Origin: Owenia fusiformis
Taxonomy: Eukaryota
Length of the DNA stretch: 64,000 bases
Direction: 5' to 3'
NCBI GenBank assembly: GCA_903813345.2
Contig: CAIIXF020000001.1
Location: 44,206,001-44,270,000, forward strand
Shown: piece after piece, positions 40,140 through 52,133 of the stretch
Layout: every line of letters starts with the position of its first letter
How positions within the stretch are numbered: the first letter of the stretch is position 1
Notes under the pieces: generated by a model
The model's input: the letters and a program-made list of their open reading frames with translations, nothing else
Told to the model about the DNA's origin: nothing
Database searches by the model: none
Program-made: the position numbers and the translations under genes

Positions 40140-41128
40140 GTAAGTACTTAAAACTACAAAGATGACCTGAATATTATGTCTAGTACATCAGATATTACCA
40201 GTTCCAGAGTATATAATTGAATAGATGGGATAGATGGTCGTACAATGTACAGTGAACAGACATATGTGTAAGCTTACGAAAGTGAAACTGAAACTGTGTC
40301 AAGTGTTGATTTGTTTACTTTTGTTTGCATTGTTGCTACACATGGCAACATTTACTCAACATTAATTCAATACAAAAAATGCTTTCTGCATGTTGATTTA
40401 TTGAACTGACCCTAAATAACCCCCCCCCCAAAAAAAACATGATGTAGGACAGAGACATAAAACAGTTTTATATGTCTCTGTGTATAATGCAAATTTATAT
40501 TCGTTTGAGCGAAGCGATTTAAGAATATAAATACTTTCTATATATGTGCAGTGAAGTGAAGAAAAGGCATGAATCATGTTTTGGTGATGTAGCATGCTGT
40601 TCGAGTTGAGCAACGATTTTTGTGTGTTAGGCCTTGTTTAGTGAGTGAGTTTTATGAATAGAGAAGTCATTCTGGGCTTGGTCGCCGAACAGTCAACTCC
40701 AAAAACGATATCAATCAAAACAATTGTAAACATCTTGTCACATGTACACATATACTAGTATTTACAAATAAAGGGTAGCGACCACAAGCCAAAGCTTGAT
40801 CTAAATTAAACGAGTGTTGTGTTGTGTTGTGTAACATGCCGCGTACGTAACGTAACGTACAGAATAGAACTTCTGATAAGCTCAGTAAACTTAATAAATG
40901 TGCAAGGCTACAACAGACAATTCAGATGTAAGAATTGACTTTTTCAATAAAATTCAGAACTCATACCAATAAATGACAGCTGTTCACCAATTTCACAAGT
41001 TGAGTTCCCCTGCCCAACATTGGTTTTATAATATTTGTGGGCATTTGACATCATTCTTAAGCTGGAACGATATCCCTTCAACATTTGAGTACAATGACCA
41101 TTGTGCTATTATTTGTTTGATTTTGCAG

Positions 41129-43543
41129 ATGGGCAAACAACAACTGTCTTTTATTGAGAACTTTGGTCTCAGTGGAATAGCTGCAGGTGTCTCGAAAACT
41201 GCTGCTGCTCCAATTGAGCGTGTCAAGCTACTTGTACAGAATCAAGATGAGATGATCAAATCAGGACGTCTTGCAAAGCCCTACAATGGTGTTATTGACT
41301 GCACAGTACGCACATTCAAAACTGAAGGTAAGAAGTAGTTGAACGAGACAGACACCCCTTTATAGGAATAAGTGATTTCTTCGGGGGTTTTAACGATATC
41401 CATTATGGATGACCAAAATTAGCCGAAAGCAATGGATTGCATGAGTTTTACCTATGGGAAAATAACATGGGAAGTATTGTTTTCCACTTTATCTAAGAGG
41501 AATCACTATTCCTTTAAAGGGGTTAACTGTGTGTCAAAACACAACATACTGATGCAAGAAAAATTAAATAAATGGAAGGAGTTGAAAATCAGGAAAAAAC
41601 ATTTGGGTGGGTTGTTTGCATCTTCCCCATCTCAAAGTCGAAATTATTTTATCATCTCTAGGAGTGCTTTTTTGGAGGTAATGCATTGGTCTAACATATA
41701 TGCACCTGTTTGAATCCTCAGAAAATAGCCAAAATCTAACATATGACTGTCTGAAATCTGTTGCGATACTTTCCCTGCTCCTTTGCCAAACAAGAGTATC
41801 AAAATTCCGAAACTAAAAAAAATGAATAGTCTACCAAATTAATGACAATCACAGCAGTCGGAGTTTGTTGTTGCTATCTTATTTCCGTGTTATAAGGACT
41901 GACCTAACAGTATTCCCATGATAAATAGTAAAAATACTTAGTAAATACATTTGTACCCATTTTGTATGCTTATAGGTATCCTTCCATTTTGGCGTGGCAA
42001 CTTAGCTAATGTTATCAGATATTTTCCTACACAAGCCCTGAACTTTGCCTTCAAGGATCAAATTAAAGCTGCTTTTAAAGCCAGCAATCAGGACAGTCAT
42101 GCAGTAAAGTTTTCCAAGAATATTGCATCCGGTGGTGTAGCAGGAGCTATGTCTCTGTGCTTTGTTTACTCCCTGGACTATGCTAGAACAAGGTAATTAT
42201 GATTAATTATAATTTCAAATATGAATTCATGGAATGAAGATGGCAAACTCTCAGACTTATTTTTATGATGAATGATCTTGATGACCTTGGATTTCCAAAT
42301 TAAAGGGGTACCAGAATAAAACAGTTTACAGTAATCACCAAAGCTGTTTGATTTTTACAGGCCTGTCAACTGTCCCGCAATTTGCGTATTTGTCACGCAT
42401 TTGCTGAAGTCACGCCAGTTTTTTTTTGCGTGACAGAAAATGTCACGCAAATACGCATTTTACCTGGTAATTGTCAAACAAAAATATTTCCGCGAAAAAT
42501 TTGAGGTGTTCAAAATTTGGCAAGATGCTATATAAAATTTAAACCAAGGTGTTCAAAATTTGGATCAAGGTGTTCAGATTTGGACCAAGGTGTCCCCATT
42601 TTGAGGGGAGGTGTTCAACATTTCCAAGTCACTCATGTTAGGTGTTCCCAAGCTGACAGGCCTGTTTTTAGAATTGTAATTTCAAATGTCCCGCTTGCTT
42701 CCTTATTTACTCCTTTAAATTTTAGGTTGGCAAATGACTCCAAGGGATGTGCTAAAAGTGGTGGTCAACGTCAATTCAATGGTCTCATTGATGTATACAA
42801 GAAGACACTGAAGTCTGATGGCATCGTTGGACTCTACAGAGGTTTTGTCATTTCTTGCGTTGGAATTGTTGTGTACCGCGGTTGCTATTTTGGTTTCTAT
42901 GACACCCTGAAACCAATTATGCTCGGAGACGATGCTAATGTGTTTATGTCATTTGTCTTGGGTTACTTTGTGACTATTACATCTGGTATTATCTCCTACC
43001 CTATTGACACAATACGTAGACGTATGATGATGACATCTGGAGAGGCAGTCAAGTACAAGGGATCCATAGATTGTGCCAAAACTGTTATCCAAAGTGAGGG
43101 TTTCATGTCCCTCATGAAAGGAGCAGGTAATTAGCCTTATAGTTTGGGAGATCAGCATTTGTGCATGTTTTTCCGCACACACCTAAATCTCTAACTAGTG
43201 CTTTTCAGATCAGTAAAAATTTTATAGTCAAAGCATTGTTGACCTAGGTGCCAGTAGTCATAAGTTATCAGTTTCACCATAAGGTACATTAGGGTCAGAA
43301 AACATTAGATTTACGGGATCAATTTTCATCCTATCCTTTTAGAGTTTCATGATACCATTTAAAAAAATGTGTTTTGTAAATTAAAAGAAATTTGATAAAA
43401 AAGAATTGATGTAAAAACACACTTTAAAATTGATGTTTTGTCTACTTGCAGGTGCCAACATATTGAGAGGTGTAGCTGGTGCTGGTGTCTTGGCTGGATT
43501 TGATGCCTTCAAACAAGCATATATTAGAATGAAAAATCAATAA
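41129..43543 (+). CDS. ANT: Mitochondrial ADP/ATP carrier (adenine nucleotide translocase, SLC25 family), 4 coding exons, 302 aa
   Basis: Exons 41129-41327, 41976-42192, 42726-43126, 43452-43543 (909 nt, phases consistent). Motifs [33 protein letters not shown] and the AAC signature RRRMMM. AATAAA at 43730 and ~43748. Confidence 0.96.
42358..42664. mobile_element. MITE in an ANT intron
   Basis: TIRs CAGGCCTGTCA and TGACAGGCCTG; 6-bp TSD TTTTTA; internal GGTGTTCAAAATTTGG repeats. Confidence 0.8.
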
Positions 43544-44008
43544 TACCTTGAAAGTAACATTTCAGTAAAATAACATAATCTACTCAGACATTCCTTACTC
43601 AAAAACTCTTACATTGATATTTAGAAAATGCTCAAGTTTATATTTCAGATATTTTTTACAGATTTTACACCTAATAGGGCTATAGCATTACAATATTAAT
43701 TGAAATCTTTATATCTATTTATTTTGAGAAATAAACTCATTAACTCAATAAATGTTTTAATTGTCCATTCTTAACTGACATACTGTCTTTTGGTTCAAAC
43801 AATGTTGACAGTGTTTGTGATAGTGTTCTGTTCATCATTTAAATGTAGATTGTGTTGAACAGGAACGTTAAATTATCTTTACACAATGAAAGCCATTTTC
43901 CCTTCACACTGTCTTGTCAATAATACAATATATAACATCTGGTCCATATTGTTCCAGTTATTTATGTACATATGTTGTTTGTGCTATAATATCCTGCCAA
44001 CATTCTTG

Positions 44009-47000
44009 CTAGGTCTTCATTGGTTCTGCTTTTTGTTTCTGTTTTTCTAGTTCAGTCCTGAAAAATAATTTTAATTCATTTATTTAGGGCAGTAAATACT
44101 GTAGATTGGGTTAATTTGGCGCTACTTAATTTGGCGATTTTGTCATTTTTGGCATATTGGCGGCTATTTAATTTGGCGGATATGCAAAAAAAAATGTTAA
44201 TGAACTTACGCGCTGTTTGCGAATTACCATCATGTAAATGGGCATGTTTGGCTATGTTCATTTTTTCTTTTGAGGACCACTGGCGATATTCACCACGTTT
44301 GTACATTTTTGTGAGATCATCTTTTACATTTTGCACCTCGATCGATGTTTCTACTATACCACGCTTTTCCTTTATAGTTTTTCTGAGTATTAATGAGTGA
44401 CTGACCAGTTCTGAGCCAATTTATGAGAGACATTTTTTCATATTTTTGGAAAAAACTAAACCGGAAGTGACTTAAATACACTGGACGAAATACCCTGAAT
44501 AATTCCCGGGAATTCATTCTAAAATTTGGCGAAGATTTATATTGGCGAATTTTTCAATTTCGCCAAATTCGCCAAATTAAAGCGGGCGCCAAATTAACCC
44601 AATCTACAGTAAATGCCCGGTATAAATATGGCAGCATGGTTTGCCCCAATCCATTTATATATTTATCCCAAATAGATCGAATTTAAGATGAAGATATATT
44701 TGATATGTGAATCAAGATATTATATTTTAGCAAAATTCCCCAAACCATCGAATATTAAACTTCTTAAAGTGATTTTCGATGGTTTTGATTTTCAATCAAA
44801 TTTCTTTTTCAACATTTTTTCAATATTTTTTTTTCGATTTCCCATGTGATAAACGGACAATCCTATGGTTTTCAAAAATATCAATTATATCCCCTAAAAT
44901 ATCAATATCAACTCATGGATATAAATGATATTACATGTACATGTATTTCAAAACCATAGGATATTTATAGGATATCCTATGATTTTAAGGAATATCATAA
45001 TGATATTTGTCAAAAACAAACTTAAATATCAGATGATGCGTTGCCGCCACAAAAGTTGAATGGTGATGATTGCACTTAATTAAAACTGGTAAGGCACAAA
45101 ATGTGAAAACTGGGGGAATATTAAAAAAAGGTATGGTCTGATGGTGTTAGTTATGAAATGAACTCACCTCAACTGCTTTGAGAAATCATCTTCCACATTG
45201 TCGTCATCCCAGTTGTCTTCCCACACATTCACATCACTCTTATCCTCATCAGCTCCAGGCCAGTCTGAAACATAACAGAATCAATGAAAGCAAAAATATA
45301 AGAGAGTTGTTGAAAGGGAAATACAAGAGAATCAATGTGAGTGATACACAAGATAATTGATGTGAGTGAAACACAAGAGAATTGATGTGAGTGAAACATA
45401 AGAGAATTAATGTGAGTGATACATAAGAGAATAGAATATGATGTGAGTGAAACACAGGAGAATTGATGTGAGTGATACATAAGAGAATTGATGTGAGTGA
45501 AACACAGGAGAATTGATGTGAGTGATACATAAGAGAATAGATCATGATGTGAGTGAAACACAGGAGAATTGATGTGAGTGATACATAAGAGAATTGATGT
45601 GAGTGAAACACAGGAGAATTGATGTGAGTGATACATAAGAGAATTGATGTGAATGATACATAAGAGACCTGATGTGAGTGAAACACATTAGAATCGATGT
45701 GAGTGAAACATAAGAGAATTGATGTGAGTGATACACAAGAGAATCGATGTGAGTGATACACAAGAGATCGATGTGAGTGAAACACAAGAGAATTGATGTG
45801 AGTGATACATAAGAATCGATGTGAGTGAAACACAGGATAATCAATGTGAGTAATACATAAGAGAATTGATGTGAGTGAAACACAGGCAAATTGATGTGAG
45901 TGATACATAAGAGAATTTATGTTAGTGAAACACAGGAGAATTGATGCGAGTGAAACACAAGAGAATTGATGTGAGTGATACACAAGAGAATTGATGTGAG
46001 TGATACACAAGAGAATTGATGTGAGTGATACACAAGAGAATCGATGTGAGTGATATACTAGAGAATTGATGTGAGTGATACAAAAGAGATCGATGTGAGT
46101 GAAACACAACAGAATTGATGTGAGTGATACATAAGAATCGATGTGAGTGAAACACAGGAGAATCAATGTGAGTAATACATAAGAGAATTGATGTGAGTGA
46201 AACACAGGCGTGAGTGATACATAAGAGAATTGATGTGAGTGAAACACAGGAGAATTGATGAGAGTGAAACACAAGAGAATTGATGTGAGTGATACACAAG
46301 AGAATCGATGTGAGTGATACACAAGAGAATCGATGTGAGTGATACACAAGAGAATCCATGTGAGTGATACACTAGAGAATTGATGTGAGTGATACACAAG
46401 AGAATCGATGTGAGTGAACACAAGAGAATTGATGTGAGTGAAACACAGGAGAATTGATGTGAGTGATACATAAGAGAATTGATGTGAGTGAAACACAGGA
46501 GTATTGATGTGAGTGACACATAAGAGAATTGATGTGAGTGAAACACAGGAGAATTGATGTGAGTGATACATAAGAGAATTGATGTGAGTGATACACAAGA
46601 GAATTGATGTGAGTGAAACACAAGATAATTGATGTGAGTGATACACAAGAGAATTGATGTGAGTGAAACACAGGAGAATTGATGTGAGTGATACATAAGA
46701 AAATAGATGTGAGTGAAACACAGGAGAATTGATGTGAGTGATACATAAGAGAATTGATGTGACTGTGAGTGAAACACAGGAGAATTGATGTGAGTGATAC
46801 ACAAGAGCATTGACGTGAGTGAAACACAAGATAATTGACGTGAGTGATACACAGGAGAATTGATGTGAGTGATACACAAGAGAATCGATGTGAGTGATAC
46901 ACAAGAGAATTCTCCCTTTCGCGGTTCGCTCTTTGAATCAGAATGTTCGCAAATATGTACTGAAAAAGCACTCAAAAAGGACAAAATTTGATTGGTCAAT

Positions 47001-50000
47001 ATTTTCCCACTATGCATTTCGCGTAGCTATTTTCGTGACCCGAAAGTTCTAAATCAAACTAATTACGCAATTTAGTTTTTACACCCGCACGCTTAATAAA
47101 ACAATGACACCATCGAAAGTATTCTTCTTTGTCATTGCTTTATTAGTCAGAATACCGAGTTTAATCAATAAAAGATTGTACAATGAACAAAAAATTCGGA
47201 AACGAGTACTATAGATTTGCTTTCGGACCACTGAACAGATTGACCTAGATAATAATGACGCGTCTTCTTTGGTCTACTGCTCAGTTGTTGTTGGTTTTCA
47301 ACATAACTCTATAATGTAATTTGAAGATGAATACTTTAATTCATTTGTTGCATCGGTGTTGCAGTTTGTAGTGCGGTAAGATTGGCATGAACGTATTGAA
47401 AGTCGAATGGAATTGTTTTTTCCAATATGGCGACTAGTCAACTGATCACGTGACCTTCTCTTCCGGAATATTTTCTCACTTTTCAATCATCGTTTTCACC
47501 ACGCTATTAATCAATGCAATGAAAAAATAGCTGTTATATTAAGATTAATAAGAGATCAATAGTTTCTTATAATTTTTTCTGTACTCTCGTACTGGAATAT
47601 GAACGAATATATCGTTTGAAAAATAGGTGTGAAAATCCCCATGTTAAACCTATGAGGGAAAACAAGGAAGTATAAATTTGTTCCTCCACGAACTGCATCA
47701 TGGGAAATATTTTGACCTTATAAGGAAAGATTTTCGAGTCTCCTCTTTTGAAGAGGGAACAACGATTTCGAGAATTGATGTGAGTGAAACACAAGAGAAT
47801 TGATGTGAGTGATACACAAGAGAATCGATGTAAATGAAACACAAAAGAGAATTGATGTGAGTGAAACACAAGAGAATCAAAGTGAGTGATACACAAGAAA
47901 ATGGATGTGAGTGAAACACAAGTTATTACTTCTGTAATTTGAGAAAGCCGCATATTTTTTGCCATTGAGAGAACACCGTGAAATATTGTAAAATTTATAG
48001 TCGGGTTCAATAAATTTAAGTAAAATTCTTAAAAACCATCATGTAATATTTCATGAATTGAAATGGAACTGGCTGCGGTCATTGTTGAGATATTGCATGA
48101 TACCGTCACAGGGCTCTCACTAGACTATATCCTCTAGTCTGGAATTTTTTTGAAATTTGGAATGAAAATATTCAGACTATAGCCCACATATGTTAAAACT
48201 TGTGATTGAAAAACATTTGTTTACATAGGAAGTGCCATTCAAAATGGCCGACTGGGTAAATTAATTTGCATACTTGTTACTTCCCCTAGCTTTATCTCCA
48301 TTTGACAATATGCTGTGTTACTTTTCATAGCATTTAATTGTACCTTACTACTTAATTGAATTGTTATAATGCTTATTTTGGGGAAGGGAAGTTTCCTAGA
48401 ATTGATAATTGTGTGCCTGAAATTTCCTGTTTTTTTCCACAGGAGGGACATAATGATCAATAGACTGAATTCTCAGGAAATTCAGTCTATTGGATATAGA
48501 CTAGGGCTCTCACCAGGAAATATTTAGGGTGCGGTGCTAACATCTTCAGAATAACCGTTCAATCGTGATAAATCATATTTATGTTATATTTTATCCTTTT
48601 TACATGCTATTATTGTATATTCAGTCAAGTTTAAACTGTGGGAACAGTCATGATTTGCCAATAGAGTGTGGAGGGAGCTAAATAGAGTGTGGTGCTGCTC
48701 CACAGTCTAAAAGCCTGGCAAGAGCCCTGCATCACGATTTTGTCTAAAATTAAAACAAACGGCTCCAAGAAAAATGGCGATATTCGAAAACTGGACGAAA
48801 TGTTGTCAACGTCTGACATTAGTAACTGGCTGTAAATTCTAAGTTAGCGATAGAAGGTGTGAACTACAATTACATTGATCACTTCCCTACACTGATGTCA
48901 CTTTCAATATTTTATTTTCCTTAAGGTCAGGGTGCATGATGGGAAATCTTCTGCATTCCTCAATTGAGTCACATGTTATTTTTCAAGCAAGAATCACTCC
49001 TTCCCCACATTGTCTATATCTTCCAGTTTTGCACAAAGAGTGCACTTATGTGCCTAGAAAAGACTTGTGAGAAGGATGTTTTGATAAAGTGTATAAAAAA
49101 CGAGAAAATTCAGTGAAAAAAATCAGAAAATTTTCAGAAATTTTTTTCACTGAATTTCTCATTTTTATACATTTTACAAAACAAACCTTCTCACAAGGCT
49201 TTTCTAGGCACATAAGTGCACTCTTTGTGCAAACTTGGAAGATGTAGACAATTTGGGGAAGGAGTTATTCTTACTTCCTGCGAAAGCTATTTGGATTTTG
49301 ATATAATAGCTTTCCCACGGAGCATTTGGACAGCTCAATGATCGTGACCTTTGAAATCGAATTAAGTCGATCCGCGGCTTACTTTTGGTCTCTAACTGTG
49401 TCTTACATCAGTATCATCAATCCGTGTAAGTATTGGAGCGCTGGAGTACTTCTTTTTCGATCAAGACTTGTAATTGTTAGTCGAGTGAATCGTTTTACTG
49501 CCAAATTCCAATATGGCGGTTTCTGCTCGGACATTTTCGTAAATCTCCGGAGGTTGTCCGAACCTAACTAATTCTCAAAATTCATTTCGTTCGTTGCGTA
49601 TCTCGCACCTAGCAAACCGCCATATTGGAAATAGGTCTGTAAAACTTTAACTCGATGAACAATTTACAAGTCTTGATCGAAAAAGAAGTACTCCAGCGCT
49701 CCAATACTTACACGGATTGATGATACTGATGTAAGACACAGTTAGAGACCAAAAGTAAGCCGCGGATCGACTTAATTCAATTTCAAAGGTCACTATTGAT
49801 CAGCTGTTCACTTCTCCGTTTGAGAGCCATAAGTTTCAAAATCTAACATGGCTCTCGAAGTGAGTAAAGTTATTCTTGTTTGAAAAATAACATGTGACTC
49901 AATTGAGGAATGCAGAAAATTTCCCAACATGCACCCTGTCCTTAATAAAACCTCAGAAAAAATCATTCTAGGTCATATTGTGTATCTGCTATTTGACATA

Positions 50001-50281
50001 TTAAGTCGATGGAAAGGTGTTCTACTTCTATGATTCAGCAGGTTTTCAGAAAACAACGATTCTTTTTCACATGTTCATGTTCATTGAAAAAATGGGGGAA
50101 TTGCAGATCTATTTTACTTGTTCAAAAATTGACAAATGTACTCGGAATGTTGATAAACATAACCATTAAAAGCTTAATTCATAAAGTCTACTAGCTAAGA
50201 CATACCCTCTGCTGGAAACTCTTCGAATTCATCATCTTCTTCGAGTAAACCCAAATCTATTTTCTTCTGTTCGTCCGCCAT
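44009..50281 (-). CDS. SEM1: 26S proteasome complex subunit SEM1/DSS1, 3 exons, 73 aa
   Basis: Exons 50281-50206, 45264-45168 and 44057-44009 splice in frame to [73 protein letters not shown], which carries the typical DSS1 acidic motifs. Confidence 0.96.
44099..44609 (-). mobile_element. pogo-like deleted element in SEM1 intron 2
   Basis: TA|CTGTAGATTGGGTTAATTTGGCGC ... GCGCCAAATTAACCCAATCTACAG|TA. The internal [36 protein letters not shown] resembles a pogo N-terminal HTH. Confidence 0.85.
45320..47922. repeat. 25-bp minisatellite (GAGAATTGATGTGAGTGAWACAYAA)n in SEM1 intron 1, interrupted at 46912-47772
   Basis: About 60 units at 45320-46911 and about 6 units at 47773-47922; produces 25-aa-periodic pseudo-ORFs in all three minus frames. 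Confidence 0.95.
46912..47772. mobile_element. 861-bp TIR insertion with AATT TSD (Sola1-like)
   Basis: AATT|CTC…GTTCGCTCTTTGAA ... TTTGAAGAGGGAAC…GAG|AATT. The minisatellite resumes in register after removing the insert and one AATT. Confidence 0.65.
48121..48503. mobile_element. MITE with 10-bp TSD
   Basis: TIRs TAGACTATATCC and GGATATAGACTA; direct repeat GGGCTCTCAC at 48111-48120 and 48504-48513. Confidence 0.75.
48925..49941. mobile_element. TTAA-flanked (Kolobok-like) element consisting of TIRs and two internal palindromes
   Basis: TTAA|GGTCAGGGTGCATG… ~70-bp TIR …CATGCACCCTGTCC|TTAA; internal hairpins at 48989-49272 and 49271-49867. Confidence 0.88.
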
Positions 50282-51162
50282 ATTGCTTTTTAGGAGCATG
50301 GAATAAACGATTTTCGCCGGTTCAATTACACTGATCGAAAAGCATATTAGCAATCTACAAGAAAATCACCGGGATTATATGATTTCATATACCCAATAAT
50401 GTGTTTTTTCTTATAAAAGTCTATATTATGACATTTGTATTAACATTCAAATGTTTGTTACTTCAAACAAGTTCATCTTCCTTTATTTGAATTTTCTAAA
50501 AATATTAAAAATAACTCTTGACAATGGGGAGGAGCCTGAGTGATCAATGGGGAGGTGCAAATGATTTCTTTTGGAATATTAAAAAGTAGTATATGGCCAT
50601 TAAAACATATACTTTATTCTCTCTTATAAATACACAGTGCATCTCCCAAATTCTCCTATAGGAGATGTCTCAAATTACGAAATCCCTGGGGATTTTTGAA
50701 AGGTGAGAATTTAACATTTTGATATCATAATCATTGTTTGACAAAAGAGTGATATGTTGAAGATTTTGTCAAAGGGTCACATTAAGTAAAGTTATGGATT
50801 TTATTTATGTATTAGGTTATTGTTTCTTATATTTCAGGTAAGAGCCATTCTTCATTAAAAATGGATTACTATTCTAGTATGTGTTGGATAATAGCTTTGC
50901 TAACAAGCAGTATGAGTGACATAACATAACATTTATTTACAATTTGCATTCTTTATCATATTTATTGCAATATCAGGCAAATAAATACACAAACTGAAAT
51001 ACAGGAACAGTTCACATTACATTTAATATGTATTTAATATTTGTATCTCCTTTAATTAACACCAGTTTAAATATATCATCAACTTAGCAAATACATATGG
51101 AACATACCATATATTATTGAATAAGTATCACATTGTTCTCATTAATGAATAAATAGATACAT

Positions 51163-51540
51163 AAGGGTTATGTACTGGGAGGTTTTGGATATGGGGTTTA
51201 TCTAGAGGGAGATATGCATATCTCACGAGGGATGAACTCAATATCCAAACCGACCGTACATAACTGCTTTATCCTATACCAAGTAGAGTTTTGAGGGGCA
51301 TGTGGCCATTTTAATTGTACAAGGTGTAAAAATAAACAAATCATTATATGCAAAGTCATTTTATTGCATTTCCACTACTTACCGGAAGCGGGAAGATATG
51401 CACCTAAGCGGGAAGATATGCACCGAAGCGGGAGATATGGCGGGAGATATGGAGGTTCTGGATATGGAAACCTCAAAATCAGAATACGGGATATATCTTA
51501 CCAACTTATCTCCCTAAAACTCTACTTGGCTTGGGATAAA
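51163..51540. mobile_element. Foldback MITE-like repeat made of two adjacent inverted-repeat modules
   Basis: GTTATGTAC..TTGGATAT versus ATATCCAA..GTACATAAC (51167-51264); TATCC..CCAAGTAGAGTTTT versus AAAACTCTACTTGG..GGATA (51270-51538); internal GCGGGAAGATATG repeats. Confidence 0.6.
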
Positions 51541-52133
51541 ATATATGTTTCTGACACTCTGTATATATTTCAATGTCTTAAATTCTCTACCCTTTTACTA
51601 ATAATCACTAATATATCTACATGTTAGATGATCTAAGGCATTCAATAAGTTATAATATTTTAATGAAAAAATAGATATACTATTAGATACAGTATTGAAT
51701 GTAAATAAATCAATAACAAAAAGAATAATTGGACGGTATCAATTTTTCCTCCTTAGTTCCTCCTTTGTTCAAACATGATGACCCTGGGGAAAATGGAGGA
51801 TGTTTCAGTAGAGATCATATGGTTTGGAATATTTGCAGAGCTGTATATCAAAGATATGCTCAGGTAACTTTTGGTAAAAATGTTAAATTATTCTATGTTA
51901 TTTTAAACAACAGGGCATTTGAATTTGATGCCTTTTTGTCAGTGTTCCATGTCAAACATAGAATCTCAGTGATTTTACCTACATTTTACCTGAGCATATT
52001 TTTAATAATTTTGACTGGCATCCATTTTATTTCAGTAGTGCAGATGATATTTGCACGAGACCCTGATAATCCTCCAAAAGAATAATACAAGTATACACTT
52101 TCAACTATCCATGACACAGTCAATCATCCTGTG

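Noticed and set aside
42517..42725. N-terminal extension of the ANT exon ORF
   Set aside because: Read-through into the intron and MITE; the true exon starts at the 42726 acceptor.
45320..46911. CRISPR-like regular repeats
   Set aside because: Units are directly tandem with no unique spacers, there are no cas genes, and the context is a eukaryotic intron.
45229..47017. Long His/Cys/Ser-rich ORFs (up to 551 aa) on the minus strand
   Set aside because: Artefact of a stop-free 25-bp minisatellite that is open in all three frames, inside SEM1 intron 1.
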